DNA of 63,984 nucleotides, the filler included, from Malassezia furfur (lineage: Eukaryota): the NCBI GenBank assembly GCA_052055015.1. It is 9 parts of 9 records of this genome, joined end to end, with 100 filler letters (N's around TTAATTAATTAA, not from the genome) between each part and the next. Parts side by side here need not be neighbours in the genome. Positions count along the whole stretch, not along the records: positions 50,725 to 57,791 come from JBQJIT010000513.1; positions 57,892 to 63,984 come from JBQJIT010000564.1; 7 more parts are not named here. One strand, 5' to 3'. Position 1 is the stretch's first letter. Each line of letters opens with the position of its first letter. The notes under the pieces were generated by a model that saw only the letters and a program-made list of their open reading frames with translations, was not told the origin of the DNA and made no database searches. The position numbers and the translations under genes were made by a program. Positions 52,842 through 63,227 of this stretch are shown here, in pieces.

Positions 52842-55800
52842 CTACGACGTAGACACAGCAATGAGGCACGAGCCATACGGCAGCACCCACTGTGGGTTCG
52901 GCGCCTCGACGCGCACCATGCGGCCCAGGCGCGCGGCGAGCAGCGGGCGCTGGGCCGGCGGCTCCGCACACGCATCCGCCAGGCGCGCGTCGATGCTCGC
53001 GCCGATCAGCTGCTCAAGCGGCAGCGGCATCGCCTCGAGGTGTGTCGTCTTATGCGTGGGCACCGCGTCGTCGGTGCTCGGCAGGCGCATGCGCCATACC
53101 TCCCAGCGCGCTGCGCTGCGGTCCGAGTGTACCGTCGCTGCACGGCGCACGCCTAGCACCCACGCAGGCGCCGCGGGCGCAAAGGGCAGCACGTCAGCGA
53201 TGCCCCGTGCGTTCGCCCAGCTGTGCAGCAGGACGAGATGCGGCTCATTTGCATGCACGCCCACAAACCACACGCGGTTCGCCGTCGTGACGAGCAGCAG
53301 CGGCGCCGACGGCGCGCGCGACACGCGCTGGATCGAGTGCACCGCACCATCCGTACACGGCTCAGCCAGCGGCAGACTCGCGACCGGCTCGCTGTGCGGG
53401 TCGAGCCACAAGTGCAGCACGCCGTCCTGGTCGCCGGCGACGAGCCATTCTGTGTGCCGCGGTGCGGACGCCAGCCGCGGTGGCGTTATGATCGGCGGCG
53501 CCGGCGGCGTCGACGTCCCGTCCGCCTCAGCGACCAGCAGCAATGCACAACGGCACACGGCGCGCGTCTGCACACGTGCGGCGACCTCGGCACCCAGGCG
53601 CTCCTCGGCGCCCGGTGCAGACATCCGCGCCACGACGAGGTCACCCTGCGCCGACACGGCGCCGAACGCGTCGTCGTCCTGTGCAAGCGGCACGGCCGCC
53701 CAAGCGGTGTCGGATGCAAGGCACGTTGTCAGCCGGTACGCCGGCACACCGCTCGGCTCGGCCGTCTTGTGCGCCAATGCCGCGAGGTCACGCCATGCCC
53801 ACCATGCGCCGTCGCGGTGTAGCGTAAGGAGCGTCGCATGGCGCACAGTGACGTCCTGCACGGGCGCGAGCGGCCCGTCGGGCCCGCGGTGGACGTCCAA
53901 AACGAGCCGCCACGACGGCAAATGCACCACCGACACGCGCCCCGATGCCTGGCCGAGGCACACGAGCGCCTCGTCGTTGCCCACGTCGTGAACATAGAGC
54001 GCCGAGAGGCGCGATCCATCCGGGGCCGCGCCCGCGTCCGTCCGCAGCAACGCAAGCGCACACGACGTGCCGCGCTCGTCGTTCGTCGCGCGCAGCTGGT
54101 TGCAGATGTCGGCACTCACGACCCATGCGCCGTTGGCGCCCACGAGGTGCACGGGCGCGGCGTGCAACGCGTCGCTCAGCACCTCGACGTGCACGCGCAG
54201 CGACGATGCCGCGTTCTTGGACGGCTGCGGCAGCAGCGCCGAAAGCCCAGCGTCGGTCCCGTCCGATTTTTCGTGCTGCGACTCGAGCAGGTCGGTATCC
54301 TTGCGCAGGTAGCGCAGCACGCCCGACATGACCAGCATCGTCGCGGCGACGGGGCACACCACAAACAGGAACACGAGGAAGAGCGTCGCACCTTGCCGGT
54401 GGAAAAAGAGCTGCTCGAGCCACGGGCCGGGCGGCGTTCGCGCATCGGTGGGCAGCGCCGCCTGCGGCAGCGTCAGCACCGACCACGGCGCGACGCGCAT
54501 TTGTACGAGCGGCGCGTGCAGTGGGTTGATCGAGGCCCAGAACGCGCCGTACGGGTTGTCGTGCAGCGCGGTGGGCGCGATATTCGAGTCAGCGGCAACC
54601 GCTGCAAACGGCGACGAGAGCACCCGCGCAAAGAACTGTGCCACTTTGCCGTCCGACGCGTAGTACAGCACAGGCGTCAGCACCGCGGTCGCCAGCACCG
54701 ACACGCGGAACGAGCGCACGCCACGCGAGTGCAGTAGCGCATACATGCCGCTCAGTACGTACGAAATCACCGAGCGCGGGCGGTACGGCGCATGCGGCGC
54801 CGGCGGCTTGCCGGGCTCTGCCGCGGGCGTGGCCGGCGCGGCGGTCGGTGCTTGAAGCAGCACCTCGGCGAGCTCGAGGCGCTGCATGTCGATGCTCAGC
54901 ACCGTAACAAAGAAGGTCATCTGCATAAAGTAGTCAACCACCAGCGTGCAGATGGTAAACAGGCAGAACTGCAGCACCGCGGGGATCCGCACGGTCCAGG
55001 CCAAAAGCAGGAGCAGCACAATGTCCGACAGCGCAGTGAGCGTGATGGGGCCAGCCACCTGCGAGAGTCCGTATGCGATGCGCGCGTGCATCGTCAAAGA
55101 AAGAGGGGTGTTGGTAATGGTGCGGATCATGAACAGCATCGACTCGGAGCCAACCACCACGATGATAAACGGCAAGATGGACCAGGGCACGGCGTTCAGT
55201 CGGATGCCCAACAGTGCACACACGCTCAGACTCATGATCAAGTCAAGCAACAGCTGGACGCTCCCCGTAAAGGCGATACCGAACCGCGAGTGCAGCCGGC
55301 GCATCTGCACCAGCCCGCGGAAGATGAACAAGAGAAGCAGCATGTAGCCACCGGCCACCACCGAGACATTGAGTGTCGGCCGTGCGGTGAGGTGCTGCGG
55401 CTTGAACTAGGTCAGTGGGTACAACGTACGCGAAGATAAGTATCGCCCGCTTCGATGCCCGGCGGGCGCTCGAGCGCCAGGTGCCGGGTCGAGGCGACGT
55501 CGCGCACAATGTTCTCCCATGCTGCTGCTGTGCCGGGTTCATCATGCACAAAGAAGGACAGCACGAGGAATTCCGCGCGCGAAAAAAGTGGTAAGTATGG
55601 CCAACGGCTCGCGAGCGTCGTCGAATACAGCAGCGGGATGCTCGTATTGGCGTGCAGCGGCGCAACCGGCGGCGTCACCACCGCTCGCACAGGGCTCCCC
55701 GTGTAGGATTTGGCGGGGTGCCAGTCGGCCTGGACGTCGGCAGCCGTCGGCCAGTACGACAGCGGCGACAGCACGAGGCATGCGCCATCTAGCTCGTAGC

Positions 55801-56524
55801 ACGAGAGATTGTTGGGGAGCATCCGTGCCTCAATGTCATGTTGCACTTGCTGCGCAGCAAGCAGGGCATGCGGCTCGAGCATGCCGTAGGGGGAACCTTT
55901 GCCCTGGCGCACCGAGTCGGTGGTAAGTAGCACCTGTTCCATGCGGACCTTTGGCATGCCGCTGGCTTGCTCAGGCCGGGGAACCACTTCGAGACTGGGC
56001 GTCTCGTCCCAAAGCAGGTGCAGGTCGTGCACAGGGTAATCCGCATCGCTGCGGTTCACATGGCCACCGCCAGTAATGTCGGCGAGCGATGTCCGTACGA
56101 CATCCCAGATGTTGGTGGGCGCACGTGCGCCCAGCACACAGGCCGCGGTATTGTTGTGGTGGACGCGATGCCGTTCGTGGCACTCGGGCGTGAAAGACGT
56201 CGAGGCGTCTTCGGAGGTCGTCAAGAGGTACATGACCACAGCGGGGTAGAAGAGGGATGCAATCACCAAGTTGCATAGGAGGATCGTTCGTGTCTGGTGT
56301 CGTGAGATATGGCTGCCGTGCCGTGCAAATTGGCGCGTCAGATAGGTTCGTGCTGACCGCTGCATGCGCACTGCAGCCGTCACCACCCGCACCCACATGG
56401 GGTCGGGATGTCTGCGCGCAGGCCGCTGAAGAGGATCAGCATGCCCGTGCGATGACCAATCGGTCAACTCAAGCGCCGCTGGATTCCCAGAAGCGTTGCT
56501 TAATTTTCGACGACGATGCAGCAT
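52842..56524 (-). CDS. SCP1: SREBP cleavage-activating protein (sterol-sensing domain plus degenerate WD40), 1 intron (55407-55429)
   Basis: The 23-nt intron joins ORFs 55412..56566 and 52842..55361 in frame. SSD motifs HSRFGIAFTG, PWSILPF.IVVVG.E.M and QMTFFVTVLSIDMQRLELAEVL (compare SCAP SIDIRRMELADL), followed by a beta-rich C-terminus. Confidence 0.82.
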
Positions 56525-56795
56525 CCTGTGCGCATGGTGCGAATAAGCAAGAAGCGCTACGGCCACTCACGGGCTAGGCATTTTTAAAATTCGGTACGAT
56601 GCCCAGTGGCACATGTTCGACTAGACAGGCACATAGAAACACGTCTATGTGGACCCAACTACGTTGCTATAGCGCCGCGGAGCGGTCGTGCGACCGCCGG
56701 TGCAGATCTCGCACGTCTTCTCCGCAAGCAGAAAGAAGGCGCGGAGGCCACGTGGCGCATGCGTGTGTCCACGTCGGTCCTCCCCCACCTTCGAT

Positions 56796-57791
56796 ATGTC
56801 GAACCAAGGAACGAAATCGCTGGCGTTTGCCATTGCCGACTGGCTCCAAAGCAAGGAGACTGCAAGCTTCGACTCCTCGAAGCGTGAGCAGGCCGCCAAG
56901 TTGATCTGCGAGGCGTTTGACGTGGACACGTTTGATACGACACAGCGCGCGACCTACGCCAAGGGCTCGCCCGGCCTGAGTGCCATCTTTGACGTCTTCC
57001 TCAAGGCGCAGAAGAAGATGGCCCCGGCTGAGGATGCGAAGCCCGCGGCGCAGCCGGAATCCAAGGGCGTCTCGGAGGCGGACCAGGCCAAGGCCGAGGA
57101 GCTCAAGAACGAGGGCAACAAGTTCATGAGCGCCAAGGACTACGGTGCGGCGCTGAATGCCTACACCAAGGCGATTGAGCTGAATGGCGCGTCGCCCGTC
57201 TTCTACTCGAACCGCGCTGCGGCATACAGCCAGATTGGCCAGCACGAGGAGGCGATTGCCGACGCGAAGAAGGCCTCGGAAATCGACCCCAAGTTTGGCA
57301 AGGCATACTCGCGTCTCGGGCACGCGCTGTTTGCCTCGGGCAAGTATGAAGAGGCGCTGGCTGCCTATGAGAAGGGCTACGAGGTGGACCCGTCCAACAA
57401 GCTGATGAAGTCGGGCATCGACGCGTGCAAGGCCAAGGTTGCCGAGGCGCCCAAGGACGGCGCGGTGGCCTCTGCGGCGTCGCGTGGAGCGGATGCGCAG
57501 CCGGACCTGGGTGGCGGGGCCGGTATGGGTGGTGGCGGCATGCCCGATCTTGGCTCGCTGCTGAACAACCCCATGCTCTCGTCGATGGCGCAGCAGCTCA
57601 TGCAGAACGGCGGGCTGGAGCAGCTTATGAACAACCCCATGCTCCGCCAGATGGCCGAGCAGTTCGGTGGCAACGGCGGCCAGATGCCCGACATCAACGC
57701 AATGATGAACAACCCCCAGCTGCGACAGTACGTGCCCCCGATCTGACTAACCCTACAGGATGGCGCAGCAGTTCATGTCGAACATGGGTGG
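56796..57791 (+). CDS. SGT2: Small glutamine-rich TPR co-chaperone; intron 57728-57758; 3' truncated
   Basis: N-terminal dimerisation helix, TPR (AEELKNEGNK..Y..A...YTKAI..FYSNRAAAY..KAYSRLG) and Met/Asn/Pro-rich STI1 repeats (LLNNPML, LMNNPML). Confidence 0.94.
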
Positions 57792-57891
57792 NNNNNNNNN
57801 NNNNNNNNNNNNNNNNNNNNNNNNNNNNNNNNNNNTTAATTAATTAANNNNNNNNNNNNNNNNNNNNNNNNNNNNNNNNNNNNNNNNNNNN
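57792..57891. other. Artificial contig linker
   Basis: N44-TTAATTAATTAA-N44. Confidence 0.97.
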
Positions 57892-58527
57892 CCTGGAAGT
57901 CTTTCATGTTGGAGAACGCGCCGCGGGCGGCGGCGCCCGCGCCGCCGCAGACGTGGGCGTGGTCGGCGCGACGGTTGGCGCCGCGAACGTTGTCGGCGCA
58001 TCCTCGGGCGCAGGTGCAGTAGGCTGGGCAAGCATGGCATACACGACGAGCGTGCGTACGCGCTTGTGCTGTGCGTCGGACAGCTCGGCGCACTTGAGCG
58101 CAGGGAGCAGCACGCGCCCCCACCAGTCGCGGCGGAACAGGCCGACGTCGAGGAGCGGCGCAAGCATCTCGAGCACGCCGACGACCGCCATCCACGCGGC
58201 GGTCTCCGGTTTCTGTGTAGTGTGCTCGAATGCGTCGAGCATATCGGCGTGGAGCTTGTCGGCGACGGCGGTGCGCACGGCGTTGGGCGCGAGCTGGGCG
58301 CGCACCTCGGCATGCGCGAGCAGATCATCGTCGCTCGGCGGCGCATCCAGCGAGGCATCGGCGAGCAGGGCGTGCACGGCGGTGCGCGCCGTGTCGGCTG
58401 CGCCCGGCGCGCCCTTGGCAATGGCTGCGTGCACGGCCTGGGCGGCCTCCTTCACGAGGCCGAGCGTGCCGCGCGAGACATTGAGCGCGCCGAGGCCCGA
58501 TAAACTCGAGAACGACGGCGGCGGCAT
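57892..58527 (-). CDS. N-terminal part of a helical protein, probably hamartin/Tsc1; apparent frameshift near the contig end
   Basis: ATG at 58527. VLEMLAPLL....RRDWWGRVLLPALK resembles the fungal Tsc1 N-terminal W(W/F)..VL.PAL segment (recalled, not searched). Confidence 0.5.
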
Positions 58528-58645
58528 GCCGTGCGCAGCTCCTCTCTTCTCGCCACGCACAGGCGGCGGCTGCGGCGGTGCGGGGAAGAAAAGCGCGGCG
58601 TGCTTCGGAAATGGGGGCCGGCGCGGCGTCCTATCACGTGCCTAT

Positions 58646-61213
58646 CTACGCGGTCGCCGCGCCGCGGCGGGCGGGCGGCGGCGCGGCGCTCGTGGCGGCC
58701 TTCCCCGCGTCCTCTTTGAGCGAGACGATGCGGTTGAGCACGAGCTTGTCGTGCGCGGCATCGTCGCCGAACAGGGCGAGCTGGCTGTCGCGGTCCACGG
58801 CAAAGTAGCCGACGCGCATCGCCTGGAAGCGGATGCACTCCTTGCCGAACGTCGACGTCTTGACCGCCTGCAGCGCGTCGGTGTCGTGCGCGGCCTGCTC
58901 GGCACGCTCCTTGCCGAGCGCCTGCTCCGCCTGGTGCGCGGCCTGGCGCTCGCGCTCCGCCGTCTCGTCCTTGGCGCGCTGGATCGCGTGCCGCGCCACG
59001 TCGTAAAACGCCGGCTCGAGCATCGCGCCGCGGAACACCTCGCGCGAGTGCGGGTTGATGGTCGCCAGGAAGTCGTCCTCCGCCGCGGGGTTTTCGGAGA
59101 GGAACAGGTTGTGGAAGAAGCGCACCTCGTCCACGCGCACGGGGCTGCGGCTCGGCGCGTGCTCGGCCACCCACTGGATGTAGGTCTTGGGCTTCGCCTC
59201 GGGGTCGTAGCGGCACACGAGCTCTGTGACGTCGCCTGCAGCGTCGGTGCGCACGTCGGTGCAGGTGATCGGATGCGGCACCTGGTATAGCCCGACGCTC
59301 TTGCCCGGCGCAAGGCGGAAGTAGTCGGGCGCGTCCTCCGTGCGGAAATCGGAGGCGTCGATGTACACCGTGCGGGTGAAGGGCACCTTGGCGGTGCCCA
59401 TCGCAGGCACCTTGGGATGCAGCGGCTTTTCGATCTCGAGCACAAAGTCCTCGTCGAGGTTCTCGATGGTGATCTTGAGCGGCCGCACGACCATCATCAG
59501 GCGCGGCGTGTCCATCTCGAGGAACTGGCGCACGCTCTGGTCGAAGCGGTTCGTCTGGATCGTCGAGTTGTTCGTCGTGACGCCGAGTGCGCTCACAAAC
59601 GACAGGATCGCGCCGGGCGGCACGCCGCGCCGCCGCAGGCCGATCAGCGTGTACATGCGCGGGTCGTCCCAGCCGTCGACATACCCGCCGTTGACCAGCT
59701 TGAGCATCTTGCGCTTCGACAGGACCGTGCCCTCGATCGAGAGCCGGCCGTACTCGTACTGGCGCGGCTTGTACACCTCGAGCGCGTCGCACAGCCACTC
59801 GTACGACTCGCGCGACAGAATAAACTCGGTCGTGCACAGCGAGTGCGAGATGTTCTCGAAGCTGTCGACCAGGCAGTGCGTGAAGTCGTACGTAGGGTAC
59901 ATGCACCACGTCGTGCCCGTGCGGTGGTGTGGCGCATCCAGCACGCGATACGCAATCAGGTCCCACATCTGCGGGTTGCCGCTCCCGAGGATGTCCTGCT
60001 TCATGCGCAGCGTCGCCTCGCCGGGCTTGTACTTGCCCTGCTTCATCGCCTCAAAGTCGGCGAGGCTGTCCTCGACGGGGCGGTCGCGCCAGCGGCTCGC
60101 GTGGCGCGCGCCCTTTTCGGGGCCGCCGCGCTGCGCACGGATCTCCTCGGGCGTGGAGTGGTCGACGTACGCGAGGCCGCGCTTGATCAGGTCGACGGCC
60201 AGCTCGTAGAGCCGCTGGAAGTAGTCCGAGGAGTAGGTGATCTGGTACGGCTCAAAGCCGAGCCACCGCACTGTCTCGAGGATCGACGTAAAGTACTTCT
60301 CCTCCTCCGCCTCGGGGTTCGTGTCGTCAAAGCGCAGATAGCACAGGCCGCCGTGGTAGCGCGCGTAGCCAAAGTTGACCGCAATCGCCTTCGAGTGGCC
60401 AATGTGCAGGAAGCCGTTCGGCTCGGGCGGGAAGCGCGTCATCACCGACCCGTTCGTCGCCTTGAGGTGCGCGTCGCGCAGCCACGGGTGCACCTGCGGG
60501 TTTCCGCCGGGCTTGTGCAGACTCGCCAGGAAGCCCTCCTGGAACATGGCATCGGGGCCTGTGGGCTGCGTCGGCGCCGCATCCGCCTTCTTCGCGGGCT
60601 TCTTGGCCTCCTTCGGCTCCGCCTTCTTCTTCGGCGCGGCGCTGCGCGGGCCAAAGCGCTCGGTCAGCGTCGCTTCCACCGCCGTTTTGATGTCGACCGC
60701 ATTGGCCCACCGCATGGACGGATCGCTGCGCACGGCACCCATCACGGCCGACATCTTGGGCCAGCCACCGACGGACGCGAGCTCGTCGGCGTGCGCGTCC
60801 ATGTACGCCGTGACCGCCGCACGGCACTGCTCGGGCGTCACCACCACACCGACGCCGCACTGGGTATCAAAGTCGGCGTCGTCGATCGGGTCGTGCGTCG
60901 CGACGTACTGCACCGCCGTCTGGATCTGGTCGGTGGTTTTCAGGTCGCCCTTGACCACGCGCTTCACCACGTACTCGCGCGCGGCGGGCGCAAGGTCCGC
61001 GCCACTCGACGCCGCGACGACCACCGCCGAGCTCGTTTTGGCATCGAGGTTCGCCTCGTCGAGGCGCAGCGCATGGATCACCTGCTCCAGCGAACGCGCA
61101 TACTTGGCATTTTTGACCGTGTCCTGCGCACGCTGACCGGTCAGCGAGATTGTCGCAAACAGCTTCAACAGCCGCGCGACCTGCGGGTCGTTCACGTCGA
61201 GCTTCGGCGCCAT
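58646..61213 (-). CDS. GLN4: Glutaminyl-tRNA synthetase
   Basis: TRFPPEPNGFLHIGH (HIGH), LRFDDTNPEAE, YPTYDFTHCLVDS, LCTTEF, VLSKRK, WDDPR..T..GLRRRG and RFQAMRVGYF; eukaryotic N-terminal domain present. Confidence 0.97.
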   Translation of the reverse strand: MAPKLDVNDPQVARLLKLFATISLTGQRAQDTVKNAKYARSLEQVIHALRLDEANLDAKTSSAVVVAASSGADLAPAAREYVVKRVVKGDLKTTDQIQTAVQYVATHDPIDDADFDTQCGVGVVVTPEQCRAAVTAYMDAHADELASVGGWPKMSAVMGAVRSDPSMRWANAVDIKTAVEATLTERFGPRSAAPKKKAEPKEAKKPAKKADAAPTQPTGPDAMFQEGFLASLHKPGGNPQVHPWLRDAHLKATNGSVMTRFPPEPNGFLHIGHSKAIAVNFGYARYHGGLCYLRFDDTNPEAEEEKYFTSILETVRWLGFEPYQITYSSDYFQRLYELAVDLIKRGLAYVDHSTPEEIRAQRGGPEKGARHASRWRDRPVEDSLADFEAMKQGKYKPGEATLRMKQDILGSGNPQMWDLIAYRVLDAPHHRTGTTWCMYPTYDFTHCLVDSFENISHSLCTTEFILSRESYEWLCDALEVYKPRQYEYGRLSIEGTVLSKRKMLKLVNGGYVDGWDDPRMYTLIGLRRRGVPPGAILSFVSALGVTTNNSTIQTNRFDQSVRQFLEMDTPRLMMVVRPLKITIENLDEDFVLEIEKPLHPKVPAMGTAKVPFTRTVYIDASDFRTEDAPDYFRLAPGKSVGLYQVPHPITCTDVRTDAAGDVTELVCRYDPEAKPKTYIQWVAEHAPSRSPVRVDEVRFFHNLFLSENPAAEDDFLATINPHSREVFRGAMLEPAFYDVARHAIQRAKDETAERERQAAHQAEQALGKERAEQAAHDTDALQAVKTSTFGKECIRFQAMRVGYFAVDRDSQLALFGDDAAHDKLVLNRIVSLKEDAGKAATSAAPPPARRGAATA

Positions 61214-61233
61214 CGACGTCAGGGGTCACGTGG

Positions 61234-63185
61234 CTAATCGACGCGGATGTGGCTATAAATCGTCCGGACGCACACGTAGCACGCCATGAACCCGACAAAG
61301 CCAAACAGCAAAAAGTCGAGCAGGGAGAGGACGAACAGGTAGCCCAGGAAGAGCAGCTGGCTCGACATGTCGGGCAGGTTGAGGCGCGTATAGCAGTAGA
61401 AGAGCTGGGTCAGCACACACACACGTACCCCATACGCAAACAGCCAGAAGGAGCTCGAGCCACCCGTGATAAAGGCGCGCCACTGCCACCGGTAGTCTTC
61501 GGCGCACAGGTGGAAGTAGCACGCAAGGATGCTCACGGTCGCCGTTGTCTGGGTTAGTTTTGCGCGCCACGTACCGCCGCCGTGACCAAAAAGGTCATCG
61601 TCAGGAAGCCAAACGCATAGTACACGCGGTTGCCGAACAGCGAGTTGATGATAAAGAACAACTCAAGCCACGCAGCGCCAAACGGCAGGATGCCGGACAG
61701 CAGCGCCGACGGCCACGGGCGCAGGTACCACGCGGTGGGCGGAATCTGCCGCGGGATTTGGTTCACGCGCACAGGATGCGCAAACGCACCGGAGCGCAGC
61801 CCAAAGTAGGAGCCGGCGCACGACAGCGGCGCATTGATCAAGAACCACAGCGCGACAAGCGCAAGCAGCGTGCCGAACGGCACCGCTCCCGCCGAGTGGT
61901 TGTACACGAGCAGCAGGTTGAGCAAGTTCATCGCGCCAAAGATGATCGCGGGGAACAGCGTCGCGGTGAGCAGCATGTTGCGCCGCCAGCGCTCCCCGTC
62001 AAAGCTCGCGTATACCTTCGCACTCACCCACCCGGACACGAAGCCAAACAGCGTCCACGTCACGATCATGATCGTCGCCAGCGACCCGCGGTTCGACGGG
62101 CTCAGGAAACCGAGCAACGCAAAAAAGAGCGTCACGATCGCGATCGCCAGCAGCTGGGCGCCGGTGCCGGCCATGACACTGAGCAGCATCGGCGAGGTCG
62201 GCGCGCGGAACACCTCGCCGTGCACCAGCTTCCAGCCGTAGTCCTCCTGGATATCTTCGGTGAGGTCGATCGCATTGTATCGGTAAATGTCGCGGCGCAC
62301 GGCGCGCGCCATAATCAGGCCCACCATCACGCACAGCAGCGCAACGATCGCGAGCGAGTTGAGCAGCGAGTACCAGTGGATGCGCGGGTCGACGACGTGC
62401 AGGTACGCGTCCCAACGAGTGGCCCATGGCGTGCTGCTCGGCGTCCAGACGACGTCGTAGGTGTATGCAATCGGCGTCGGCGTATCGCTCGACACAAACA
62501 TGGGCTGCGTCGCATCGCACGTCACAGCGCCGCCCAGGCCATTCGGCAGCGAGTTCATCGACATCGGGATGACGTTGACGCCGACCACACGGTACTCGTT
62601 CGGACCGCGCATGTGGTACGACACATTCAGGCGGTAGTGGTTGTACAGCGCGGGCGTCGGCAGGCGGTGGAGCTCGGCATCGAGGATGCTGCCGAGCGCA
62701 AAGCCCACCGAGTTCGCGCGCACGTTGCCGTCGATGCCGGTGAGTCCGGCATCGGCGACAGGGAGGCCGTCGACCATCCAGTTGATCCCGTAGCGCTCCG
62801 TGATGCGTTCGTTCAGAAACGCCGCCTGCTCGGTCGAGACGGTCCCCTTGCACAACGTGACGCAGCTCTCGTTGCGGAGCATGCGCACTTCGATCGGGCT
62901 GTTGTAGATACGGTCTCCGAACAGGATACTGCCCAGACTGCCCGACTGGGCGTACGTGCCGTTCGGCGGCTTGCAGAAGCCGAGCCGCTCGTCGTAGTAG
63001 TCGTAACTCACCAGGCCATGCACGGGCGTCGCTCCCGACATGGGCTGCAGTGCATTCACCTGCACAGGTACCGAGTCGCCACTCCCAAACGAGCGCGGCG
63101 CACTGCCCGGCAGGTACCACGCCCACGCAGGCGCGGCCGCCGCCGCGAGGACAAGCGCCCCACGGACCACTCGCGCACCGAACAT
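61234..63185 (-). CDS. Nonaspanin TM9SF / Emp70 (Tmn) family membrane protein, 2 introns (61549-61574, 61405-61428)
   Basis: Signal peptide then WYLPG..P, SLGSILFGDRIYNSP, WATRWDAYL, IHWYSLLNS, GWKLVHGEVFRAP, RVNQIPRQIP, CAEDYRWQWRAF and the C-terminus IYSHIRVD. Confidence 0.95.
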
Positions 63186-63227
63186 CGTGTTCGGAAGACG
63201 CAGTCACGTGCGTAGCTCCACCGCACC
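63186..63227. promoter_or_regulatory. 42-bp divergent spacer with a central GTCACGTG
   Basis: Lies between ATG 63185 (minus) and ATG 63228 (plus); CACGTG at 63205-63210. Confidence 0.55.

Noticed and set aside
56525..56795. AT-richer SCAP/SGT2 spacer containing GTTCGA (tRNA T-loop-like)
   Set aside because: There is no cloverleaf or A-box context; it is treated as an ordinary divergent promoter.
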